From Eledone cirrhosa (lineage: Eukaryota): a stretch of 64,000 nt of DNA. How positions within the stretch are numbered: the first letter of the stretch is position 1; each line of letters starts with the position of its first letter. Under the pieces are notes generated by a model that saw only the letters and a program-made list of their open reading frames with translations, did no database searches and was not told the origin of the DNA. Position numbers and translations under genes: made by a program. The DNA lies in assembly GCA_964016885.1 (NCBI GenBank), contig OZ024742.1:74958001-75022000 (forward strand). The letters are read 5' to 3'. Of this stretch, positions 52,888-64,000 are shown in pieces.

Positions 52888-53372
52888 CGCTGTATGTGGC
52901 TGACTACAATAAATGTAATCTGAGTTTTTCGAATATTAATAATAATATTCGATTCGTTTGCAATTATTAAAGCCATTTCAGTAGAATAACCCCGTTATTC
53001 TTGCTCTTGGGTTGGCATGTAAACAGAACTGCAGACACTAACGTTTTTGGGTATTACCCTTCATCAGTACAGTTCACTGTTCACCTGACAACTGTCAGAG
53101 CTAGTGAAAATATATGATATTTTCTGATTGGCATATTAGCAGACTGGCTGATCAGTCAGATCTGCATATTAGCAGATCCACTGATCAGCCAGATTTACAT
53201 ATCAGCTGACAGGCCAGTTTATATGCCAACACAAGAGCAAGAATGAGGGGCTCATTCTACTGACATGGCTTTAAAAAAGAGGTTGTTTGCATAATTACAA
53301 ACGAATCGAATATTATTATTAATATTTCGAAAAATTCAGATTACATTTATTGTATTTAGCCATGTAGAGCGA
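52888..53372. mobile_element. Foldback with ~140 bp inverted arms and an internal hammerhead-like motif (probably PLE-related)
   Basis: 52888-53024 is the reverse complement of 53217-53372; minus 53027-53074 reads AACTGTA-CTGATGA-AGGGTaatACCC-AAAAAC..GTC-TGCAGTT. Confidence 0.65.
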
Positions 53373-53399
53373 TCATTTTTTTATTTTTTTATTTATTTG

Positions 53400-53845
53400 A
53401 ATATGGCAAAGCCGGCCATTAATCGTTCGTATACAGGAAACTGACTGGCCAAGGAGACCATGTCAATAGTGCCTCTGCCATTCCTAAAGCCACATTGAGA
53501 CTCAGGAAGTACCTCAACAGCAATGTGCTGTATCAATCTGTCCAACAATATCCTGCACAAGATCTTCCCAGCCACAGATAGCAGTGAAATAGTCTGTAGT
53601 TGCCACAGTCATCTTTGGCTTTTTTTCCTATGTAAAGTAACACCATCAATTCACCTTTCCAGTCCTGCGGTACAACTTTTTCATTCCAAACATTCACGAG
53701 GAGATCAGTGAGGCAGTTTAAGAAGTTATCACCATCACACTTGAATATCTCGGCACTCAGTTCATCCATTCCAGCTGACTTGCCATTGTTTAATTTGGCA
53801 AAGGCCTTCGCCACCTCATATAATGAGGGAGCATCAGCCACTACC
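53400..53845 (-). mobile_element. RTE LINE RT fragment
   Basis: GKSAGMD..AEIFK, VPQDWK, CGNYR, AGKIL, LPESQCGFR.GRGTIDM. Confidence 0.85.
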
Positions 53846-53996
53846 AGCTTTAAACACCGCGTCTCTATAGTTTGATTTCAATTCATTCAATTCATTCAAT
53901 ACCGTTGAAAATTTGGATAATATGCGTTGACGTGATTTTACAGTGTAAATATAAAATATTTATCTCTGAATTCATATGACACTCCTTCAACTATAT

Positions 53997-54072
<76 letters not shown>

Positions 54073-54420
54073 CCTTTCCATTTATTTTAAACATATTTCT
54101 CGAGTTTTATTTATTCGACAACTTTCAATTCGGTTATACAATGCTTGCAATAACAAAAAGAAAAAGAAAGAGGGGAAAAAATTAAATAACGAAAGTAAGG
54201 AAAAGGTTCAGGGGAAGGGAAGGAGGAAATGCAATGTTTAAATAAAAGAAGAGAGTAAAAAAAAACTGTGTGGAAACTTAAGAAATACCAAACAGTACTA
54301 AAAAAAAACAAAAATAAACACATCCTAGTTTAAAACAGTAAAGAAAATGTAAAGGAAGGGGTGAACAACCGAGTCGACACCAGAGCAAAAGACAGCAGCG
54401 AGGGGTACTGGGCGACCTCT

Positions 54421-54563
54421 CTAATGACTTTTGAGGCCAGCCAGCACACTTGCAGCGTTGCCTCGGGTGATGGCGAAGCTAATGCCCTGGAACAGCCAAG
54501 CGCCATCGCGAGATTCGCCAGTTACTTCTATTAGGCGAGCCGCCAGTGAAGAGAGGAACCTCT
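54421..54563 (-). mobile_element. CRE-like 3' fragment
   Basis: LAARLIEVTGESRDGAWLFQGISFAITRGNAASVL. Confidence 0.7.
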
Positions 54564-55124
54564 CATACATACATATATACATACATACATGCATACATAT
54601 ATACATACATATAAACACATACATAATATATAAATATGTATATGAAGCTACTAAAGTGAGACAAATTGTCTCAATTCGTTTAAATTTTCTAAATATTGGT
54701 TTAAAAAACAAGATTACGGAGAATACAGAATAATTACGAGAGGAATTAGCATATGGTCATGATTAGATGTGACACATTTGATAATATCTATCTGAGGTGT
54801 GTGTGAAGGTTAACGTCGTAATCGGTGTATCAGTTGTAAACAATTATATAGATTGCAGAGAAATGGAAATTTCGTGCGTGACAAATTTAAGATAAAGCGG
54901 GAATCCTGTTTCGTATAGTTATGTTCTTAGTCCCAGTATTGTAAAATAATAGCTTTGAAGTCGTGACAATCTGCTCCTTTTAAAAAATATATTGACTATC
55001 AGTAATAATACTGCTCTCTCTGGACGGTTTTCTGCTAGTATATACCACCACCCCACTCTCAAGAGCGTGAAATTAATAAACATTTGTTGTACTGCCTCTC
55101 TGTTTTGTTCCCGTTCAATTTTCC

Positions 55125-55183
<59 letters not shown>

Positions 55184-55286
55184 CTGTGTGTGTGTGTGTG
55201 TAAAAGGTGAACAGAAATAACAACACAATCGATACAGTATATGGAAGGTATATATTAGGTTAACGCTTGAAATAGCGGGAAGAGGT

Positions 55287-55322
55287 TCTTAACGTTTCGG
55301 ACGCTAGTGCTTCATCAGAAGA
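55287..55322 (-). ncRNA. Minimal hammerhead of PLE pseudo-LTR type
   Basis: TCTT-CTGATGA-AGCACtagcGTCC-GAAA-CG-TT-AAGA with palindromic AACGTT helix III. Confidence 0.6.
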
Positions 55323-55594
55323 AAGAATGAGAAATTAGAAAGATTGAAGGGACGGGCAGGGTGGAATTAGAAAAAAATGTTTTTAGAGAGATATAACAGG
55401 TCCGTTCATGTTGCCATCTGTTGGAAAACTGTTGAGGCTAGTGTGATGTGCAAAGACACCAGCAAAACGGACGCAACACAGGAGAGTCCCTTCTCGTTAG
55501 CCAACTGCTGCTACAAACTAATTTGTTGCAACTGAAAAAATGAGATAGAAACAAAGTCCAATATATTAGCCAAGAAGAGAAATGCCAAAAGGCG

Positions 55595-55674
<80 letters not shown>

Positions 55675-56367
55675 AGGTGTAAAGTTTAAATAAATATCAA
55701 TTTGAAAAAGTGTCCCGCAAAAGGATTGTAAAAGAAATAAAAACCACAAAACAAAACAAAAGATGAAACACAGGACAGTCCCTTCGTATCAGTCAGCCAG
55801 ATGAGGTCCGCAGTGTCGGTGCTTTAAGGTCGACACCACTAGCTTCAGTTCACAAGAGACAGTTACAAATGGACACAAAACAGGAAGATTGATCTTTCGA
55901 CTGTTTACAAATGAGATAATATATATATAATATACATATATTATATTAAATATCAGTATCACTAACATAGTGTGGTTTTAAGTAGGCGTGTATATGAATG
56001 CATATGCAATTAACATATATGAGTCTCACTACAGATATTTTAGGCTATGATCATACCACAGGTATCTCAGAAATCTGTGAGAATGTTAGACATGCGTTTC
56101 TTAATTATATCCGCCATCAATGACATTTACTCACTTCGTATGCTATGTTAGTACTATTGTTAATTAATCTTAGCTGGTCAAGCTCGCATTATATGCAAAT
56201 CAGCAACTCCTGTCGATGTTTGATACACACAAAAGCATACAAACTATAAGCTTATTCTTATTTCAGTACAGAGTGAATAAATGTAACCGATGACGGATAA
56301 AAGCCTGGAAACACCTTAAAATATTTTTAGCGAGACTTTTGCATATTCATTATACATAAACATATAC

Positions 56368-56550
56368 GGTGGATGACAGTATAAGTAGAGGGTCGGACGC
56401 CATGCTTTGCAACATAGAGTTACGCCACTTTATGAACTGAGTTAAAATCCCGCCAAGGTTAACTTTGCCTTTCATCCTTACTGGGTCGATAAAATAAAGT
56501 ACCAGTAATGCACTGGGATAATTGCTGCCCTTGTGCCAAAAGTAGAAACA
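56368..56550 (+). mobile_element. tRNA-derived SINE
   Basis: Family match; direct repeat ATTATACATAAA at 56349 and 56551. Confidence 0.85.
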
Positions 56551-56619
56551 ATTATACATAAATATATCGTATAAGCCTTCAAACACAACTTTATATATAT
56601 ATATATATATGGTTTGTTG

Positions 56620-56828
56620 AGCTAATTTTCACTCTCCATGGCTTTCTCCTTTTCAGAGAGTTTTACCAACACGTCTCTGCCAGAATGGGCCCTAACAACG
56701 CCAACATGTTCGTTGTCTACATTGAGGCTTTCATCTTCTCCCAGTACCCTTTTTCGACCCCTGAGCTATACGGTCGTTACATTGGCGATGGTATCGGCGC
56801 CAACTGTCTCTCTCTCTTTCTCTCTGTT

Positions 56829-56912
<84 letters not shown>

Positions 56913-57570
56913 GTGAACAGCTCGACTCCCTTCTTTCTTTCTGTCTTTTTATCCTGCCCTCACCTTCCCCACCTCCGATTCATCTCTTCAGTCCAATTTG
57001 TCGCCATCACTCTGTCTTTATCGACTACACTTACCACACACTCTCTACATCCATCTTCTTTAAGCCCACTGATTCACATACCTAGGTCGACTTCACCACC
57101 TCCCATTCCACCCACATCAAACTCTCCATACCCTACTCCCAATTCCTCCGCCTTCATCGGACCACGATATCGAGACCCAGTCCCAAGATATGGCCTCCCG
57201 CTTCATCCAGCCTGGATATTCCACCATCCTGATCCAAGCTGCCCTTTTCCGCACCCGTGAAACCGACCGTACCACAGCTCCCAACACCCCTTTAATCGTG
57301 CCCGCAATCTCCGTGATTTCCTGGTACTCATTTCCTTCCCTTCCTCTCCTACGACTCTACCCGACTCTCGTCCCTGTTTCGTCCCCGCTGTAACACATGT
57401 CCCTTCATTGTTAACCTTATCACTCCCACAGGTACTAACGGTTCTTTTCGTATCCACCACCACTTCACCTGCACATCCATCCACGTAGTCGATGCCCTCC
57501 GGGTCCATATACACCGACAAACATGGCACCACCTGGCGTACCGTTTCACTGAATACTTGAGGGACAGACG
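56620..57570 (+). mobile_element. Degenerate Penelope-like RT/GIY-YIG fragment
   Basis: MGPNNANMFV, LYGRYIGDGIG, FFKPTDSH, SIPYSQFLRL and HFTCTS remnants; interrupted by (CT)n. Confidence 0.75.
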
Positions 57571-57794
57571 ACACGGATTTACTGCATTTATTTACTACAT
57601 ACAATATAAATAAACTATAATTCTAAAACAAAACTATTTATGTAGATGCCGATTCATTAAAATATTATGTGTAAGTCAACTAAAGCTATATGAAAACAAA
57701 CAAATAATCTTTAACCATAAACATGCATATCGACATTACTGTTATACAAATAGTAAATTAGTTAACATATATACGAACGTAAAGAGTAAAGAGT

Positions 57795-58120
57795 AAAGAC
57801 ACCTTTTAGTCACAAGAGATCATGGGATTTGCACCTAGAAAATTCCCCTCCAAGGCACAAGTCCGAGCAAGGTTGTTTTGGGAAGACCAGCAGTCACCCA
57901 CGTACACCTCTCTCTCCTCTCCACACCACCGATGTTGTTCAAGGGAAAGGTAATGGCTGATACAGTTTGGCACCAGTGGCGTCGCAATTCATTTCTACAG
58001 CTGAATGAGCTGGAATAATGCAAAATAAAGTATGTTGCTCAAGAACACAACACACAGCCCGGTCCGGGAATCGAACTTACAACCTCATAATGGTAACCCC
58101 GACGTTCTAACCACTAAGCG
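57795..58120 (-). mobile_element. Second tRNA-derived SINE family (CORE-like)
   Basis: Minus strand CGCTTAGTGGTTAGAACG..GTTCGATTCCCGG..TGTGTTCTTGAGCAA; related to 58948-59285. Confidence 0.75.
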
Positions 58121-58740
58121 TATATATACGTACATATAAAACGAGAGAAACACAAATGCATACACACACATGCACCCCCCCCCCACATATATATATATAT
58201 ACACACACACACATACACACACACACACACAAATAGATATATATATTATATTATATATATGTGTGTATATACATGTGTGTGTGTGAGTATACGCTTGCGT
58301 GGAGCCTCAAATTCATCGGATACCTACATTGGATTTTTACCCGGACTCTAGTTGAACTTCCACTTGGATAATAAGGAGCACTGGAAAAGTTTCAAATGTG
58401 TTCGTCCCAACGCAGATGATTATAATTACATTCGATCTCTATAAATTATTGCTGAGAAAATCAGCTAAAAACTCAGGAAATATAACTCTTCAAAGTGAGA
58501 ATGATGTAAGGGAAATAACTCAGTGTTAATCGTGTTGCAGACATGTCAAATTCATTGATTAGTTTTGCTTAATTTATTTTCTACACTATTTTACTGCAAT
58601 TTCTTATAGTGATACGTTAGAAACAATATCTACAAGAAAACTACTCAATTCTTTTTTTATCTTCCAAATTCGACAGTCGTTTCTATAACAAAATGTTTAC
58701 AATACCCAATACGGATTATAAGATATGATTATAAGTTACT

Positions 58741-58926
58741 AGGGCGATGAATTGGCAGTATCGGTAGAGGGTTGGACGCTATGCTTTCTAGCATAGTTAC
58801 GTCCCTTTACAGTTTGAGTTCAAATCCCACTGAGGTTAACTTTGCCTTTCATCCTTACGGGGTCGATAAAATAAAGTACCAGTAATGTACTGGATAATTG
58901 CTGGCCTTGTGCCTAAAGTAGAAACA
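58741..58926 (+). mobile_element. tRNA-derived SINE, 13-bp TSD
   Basis: ATTATAAGTTACT at 58728 and 58927. Confidence 0.9.
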
Positions 58927-58947
58927 ATTATAAGTTACTTGATCAAA

Positions 58948-59285
58948 TCGCATGGCTTATTGGTTAGAGCGTTAGGCTTACAATCAGGAAGTTGTGAGTT
59001 CGATTCCCGGATTGGGTGATGAATTGTGTTCTTGAACAAGACACTTTATTTCCCGTTGCTCCAATTTATTCAGCTGTAAAAATGAATTGTGACATCACTG
59101 GTGCCAACCCTAATTGGCCATTGCCTTTTCTTTGGATAAGATCGGTGGTGTGGAGATGGGAGCCTGATATACATGGGCGACTGCTAGTCTTCCATAAACA
59201 AACACGGACTTGTGCATCGGATGGAAAATTTCTAGGTGCAAATCCCATGGTCATTTGTGACCGAAGGGGGTCTTTATCATTTTAC
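58948..59285 (+). mobile_element. Second tRNA-derived SINE family (CORE-like)
   Basis: A box TGGCTTATTGG, B box GTTCGATTCC, TGTGTTCTTGAACAAGACACTT. Confidence 0.75.
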
Positions 59286-59421
59286 CTTAATAAAAGAACA
59301 CAAGCACAACAAGGAACATTACATACATAAAGCAACTATTTCTCCTTTGAAAACAATTTCTTTAATTTATCTTTTATTTTTCTGAATAAATGATGGAGTA
59401 GTATTTATAAGTAATTTATTT

Positions 59422-59637
59422 CATTGGTAGAATCGGTAAGAGTATCGGATAAAATGTTGTGCGGTATTTGTTCCGATCTTTTATATTCTGAGTTCAAATT
59501 CCGTCCAAGTTAGCTTCACCTTTCATCTTTCCAGGGTTGTTAAAATAAAGTACTAATAACACACTGGCTCAATTTAATCGACCTTTCCCCACATCCTTGA
59601 AATTGCTGGGCTTGTGCAAAAAGTATAAGCAATTATT
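59422..59637 (+). mobile_element. Older, longer tRNA-derived SINE; similar copies at 42305-42482 and 61362-61570
   Basis: Same head and core plus an extra 3' segment. Confidence 0.7.
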
Positions 59638-59895
59638 ATAATTTGAAACATCATTCAAATTCTACTTCTCATTTTTTGCCGAGTGAACCTGATATCGGAG
59701 GCAAAATTTGATAATATACACATTTAACAATCGATTGGCACACGAATGGCACCACAAGGGCATAACAAACAGTAAATTTCTTTGCAGTGTATTTAAATCA
59801 ATTAGCCCTTCCCAGGACATGGACAGTGCCAGTCAACTCTATGTTCTGTATCTCCTGCAGAGATAGCTTTCCAGGCATCTGGTCCATTATTATTA

Positions 59896-60070
59896 TTGGC
59901 AGTATCGGTAGAGGGTCGGACGCCATGCTTTCCAGCATAGTTACGTCCCTTTACGATCTGAGTTCAAATCCCGCCGACGTTGACTTTGCCTTTCATCCTT
60001 ACGGGGTCGATAAAATAAAGTACCAGTAATGCACTGGGTAATTGCTGGCTTTGTGCCTAAAGTAGAAACA
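59896..60070 (+). mobile_element. tRNA-derived SINE within (ATT)n
   Basis: Family match; ATTATT on both flanks. Confidence 0.85.
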
Positions 60071-60099
60071 ATTATTATCATTATTCATATTCATTTGCA

Positions 60100-62945
60100 C
60101 AGTGATGATCTTATTAACACTGGATCATTTAATTGACTCCTTAAAAAGACAATTCTTTCCGCAGGATATTTGCTATTCCGAAATATGTTGTTTTCTGCAA
60201 TGTCCTAATGTTGGGGCTGATTCCAATTTTATCAAGATTTTTCTGGAGGTTTTCTGACACCGACACAAGTACTTCAATCACAATTTGTACCAGTCTTGCT
60301 TTCATATTCCACATTCTATCGGCATCTATTCTCAAGTCTGCATACTTATGATTTTCTCGTTTTCTTTACCATTGATTATATAATCTCTTGGGCAAGCTAC
60401 ATTGATCAACAAACACATTCTTTCTATCGAAGTTATGTCTGGCCTTGTATTTTCCAGACCTCTATTTGTCTGGATTGTAAAGTCCCACAAGACTTTCAAG
60501 GACCTTCTCTGGTTTGTGCTGATATCATTTCTCATTGGTTGCGAACCATATTTCTTTCATAAAGACTTTATCGCGAGGCCTTTTGCCGTCTGGGCAAGCA
60601 AGCCACAGGCACTCACGATGTGTGTCACACTTTCCAACGTGTTCCTACATAACCTACACTTATTTGTTTTATTCGGCTTATACATATTATTTATCGCTTG
60701 ATCTTTGACTCTCTGTCTCTCTCTGAAGATTATCTTTTGTCAACCAATCCTATGAAGATCCTACATTTATTCCCTTCGTTTCTCTTTCAAATTGACCATG
60801 TTATTCCTTACCCTCTCTTGTGCTCAGTTTGTCACACAGGAGTATCTGTTCTTAATTTTGTTTACATTCAATGGTTTTAATGTATAGGCCTCTGCTTTTG
60901 GCAACATACCGTAAAAGTCTAAGGACCTGAATTCGTTAGCCTTGCAACCTTGCAATTAATCCCCTATAGATTTAACCAACATTCTGTGGGTTTTTCAGCA
61001 TTAGGTGCAACGTTTGCACCATTCACTCTGACTGTGTTCTAAAGAACATTTTCTGATTTGCAGAGAACAATCTGTTCTGTTTGCACTGATTTTGTTTATT
61101 TGTGTAGCGCCTAACCCTAATAGATTTTGTCGTAATTTGCTGTTTCATTTCTTCCATCACTACATTCAAACATTTCAACTTTAATTTATACCTCGTGTCC
61201 ATATGTCGTTTCTCCTTTACTTCCATTTTTCTTATGCCATACATCGATTTTCACTAGATCTTTTCAGAGCTGAGTTATTTCCCTTTCCAATCTTATCTTC
61301 CACCAGGGTTCCTTACATTTCGTCCTTTAAATTTGATTAATTCCTAATCACTGACACACAATTTGGTAGTATCGGTAGAGCTCCAGACACCATGCTTTGC
61401 GGCCTAGAGTTATGGCCGTTTATGTTCTGAGTTCATATCCCACCGTGGTAAGTTTTGCCTTTCATCCTTACGGGGACGATAAATAAAGCATCAGTAATAC
61501 ACTGGGTCGATTTAAAATCGACTTTCCCAACCCCTTCAAATTGCTGGGCTTGTGCCTGAAATAGAAACAATTATTATTATTATTGCGTGTCTTCACGGCA
61601 TTATCGGGTAAAGTTATGTGCGTATTAGGTACGCACAGTGTGTCTCTGGTGTTGATTTTTATTGTATTGAGTGTACTCTTCATAATATGAAGGCAGCGCC
61701 CAGTAGCGCTATTTCTACAGTCCTGAGGTTTGGTTATATATTTGTCTGTATTTATCGCAGATTATTTTGTTTTGTCTTTCGCTGACACCTTTTCTGATGT
61801 ATGTCTGTGCCACCTTTTTTCTGTTGGTATTTCATAGATTTGGCATAACGTCCAGTGTATGTAAATCTCAACTCTATCAAATCTATGCATATATTCTGTT
61901 TGGGCTAAAACATGGCAGCCTGAGACAATGTAGTTAGTTGTTTCATACCCACTATTACACCTTCTGCAATTACTTACGGTGTTCTACTTCATTATGTATT
62001 TTTGGTTGTTACTAATGGGGCGAATTTGATCCTGTGTTGCAATTAGACATTCTAGTTGTATAAGACCCCTTTTCCCTGTGTTCTTTCTACATCCGAATTT
62101 AGTGGTGTATTCTAAATTCAAATACTATGTTTCTGGCGTTCCGTCTAGTCTTGCTAGACCTTTAAGTGCCCAGTTTAGAATTTTAAAACTGTAGTTTATT
62201 GCTGGGATCGCTAGAACATTGGTGCATTTCGTTCTGTCTTAAGTAGTAATCTAATCCGTCTATAATGCTCCTCTTTGATAATTTCTTTTGTCTCTATGTA
62301 TTGAATCTCCGTCTGTATTGTATATCAGTATTTGTATATCTCTAATCTAAGTTTTTTAATTAGGGTAATATTAGTGTTTTTCACCAGTTTGCCTCTCTCC
62401 AGGATTGTCTTGGTGTATTTTTCTAGATCAAATTTCATTTCTGTTTCTTTTGTCAATCCATTTATTATTTGCAGCAGTGTTTCAAGTTCTCTCTCGTCTG
62501 TAACGTACAGCTTTAAATCGTCCATATACAGGAGCTGGTTAGTTTTCTTGTTGAAGCATTCATAACCAACTCCATTCTTGTTTAATACCTCAGATAATAG
62601 AATCAATGCAAGGCAGAATAGGAGTGGTGAAAGGGAGTCCCCTTGAAATATTCTTTTGTTAACTGAGCTGGATTCAGTTTTTATAAACCCATCTTTTGTA
62701 TATATCAACAACTGCTCTTGGCATGTTTGATGAATTTTTTATTTTATTATTGGCCCTACTATATTTATGGATAGTGTGTTCACTGTCAAAAGCCTCCTGG
62801 TAATCAATTCATGCTATGCTGAGATGTATTTTCTTTTTCTGCAGTTTTCTGCTATGGCTTGCTGATGAGTAATTGGTCTTTACAACCATATGAACATTTG
62901 CAGCATCCTTTCTACTCTTCTACGATATCATTGCAGTTAGACAGG
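60100..62945 (-). mobile_element. Degenerate R4/Dong-like fragments (probably more than one element)
   Basis: IFQGDSLSPLLFCLAL, LLYMDDLKLY, LWDFTIQT..RPDI, RMWNMK, RVRRY..QNRLF..NQK. Confidence 0.75.
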
Positions 62946-62989
62946 CATATTGTTGTTGCTGTTGTTGTTGCTGGTATTATTATTATTAT

Positions 62990-63403
62990 TGTTCTTTGAG
63001 TCTCAGTCATTGATGTTAGTTAACTGGAAAGTTTGTTGAAATGAATATCAAGCCACTACCTGCAGCCTCAGATATTCAGGACGTATCGGAGGGTTCTTGC
63101 TGTTCCCAGCAAGCATGCCGTTTGAAGCGTTCCAATAAGCGTGAAGGGGCCAATTTTCTTTAACCATCCCTGGAAACCTTTTGAGATAGTACCTAGTGCG
63201 CCTATGACAATCGGAACCACTTTGACTTCATGGCAGTTCCAAATCCTTTTTACCTCCCACTTTAACTCCTGGTATCGGTTAATTTTCTCTCTCTCCTTCT
63301 TTTGCACTCTCGTGTCGACTGGGCAGGCCACATCCACAATCAGACACGATCTTTTTTCTTTGTCCAAAACCACCAGGTCAGGTCCATTGTGTTCCAACTG
63401 GAA

Positions 63404-63405
<2 letters not shown>
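62990..63405 (-). mobile_element. 5'-truncated Dong-like element (RLE domain and 3' UTR) inside (ATT)n
   Basis: PDLVVLD..IVDVACP.D..KEREKINRY.ELK.E..RIW..VPIVIGALG..LLGTAR.LR; ATT arrays on both sides. Confidence 0.88.
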
Positions 63406-63452
<47 letters not shown>

Positions 63453-64000
63453 GGCGACCTACGTAGTAAATCGTATCATCGTGAGCTCCGCAAAGGTTTG
63501 TTGTTTCTGTTTGTTAAAAATTGCCATTTATGGAAAATGTTTATTCTTAACTGTATATAAGCGCACATATATTGTTTTCCGAAAAGGACACCCCAAAAGA
63601 TTGGGGCCTTGTGCCCAAAATTTAAACTTTTATAATTATCAAAAAAATTTCTTTTAAAAAAAACATGGAAGTCTCACAGCCACACGAAGCTGACAGCCTC
63701 CCTCACAAACTAACACCTCACACCGACACCACCATTGTAAATATTACTACGTTTGCCAACACTAAAGATATAAGCAGTAGCAATATTTTAAATTTGTCTC
63801 AGACAGACATTCATTTCCCGCCATTACCAATGACTGCAGGTGTTAAAGCCGCCACCACCACCACCGCGACAACCAGCACCCCCACCACCACAGCGACAAC
63901 AGAAACAAAAGATAAAAATAAATTAACTCGCGATGTCGAAATGAATTCAACCAAAATGAACTCTTCCACACCGAACACCACTGACGCCACCACCACCACA

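Noticed and set aside
63720-64000. Thr/Val-rich ORFs at the right edge
   Set aside because: Degenerate (ACC)n low complexity with no recognisable homology

Overview
AT-rich, microsatellite-dense animal genomic DNA, not prokaryotic. The SINE families resemble cephalopod/octopus SINEs (inference). Two tandem paralogous ANL-superfamily (acyl-CoA synthetase-like) genes lie on the + strand, each with one large coding exon preceded by a phase-2 intron: exon 7747-9253, and exons 44453-44598 + 46855-48340. Almost everything else is transposon-derived. (1) Two families of R4/Dong-like restriction-endonuclease non-LTR retrotransposons are always embedded in (ATGT)n arrays in one orientation; a third family sits in (ATT)n. 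(2) A ~600 bp non-autonomous RTE-derived element with a C2H2 remnant alternates with them in ATGT-linked chains. (3) A non-coding ~445 bp tandem/inverted repeat carries four type I hammerhead ribozymes with compensatory changes (retrozyme-like, 21.0-23.1 kb). (4) Several Penelope-like fragments and foldbacks carry further hammerhead-like motifs. (5) RTE, CR1 and CRE LINE fragments, tRNA-derived SINEs whose TSDs mostly start with ATTAT, and Tc1/mariner MITEs. Most short ORFs in the track are microsatellite artefacts. All alignments and RNA folds were done by eye; boundaries are approximate.
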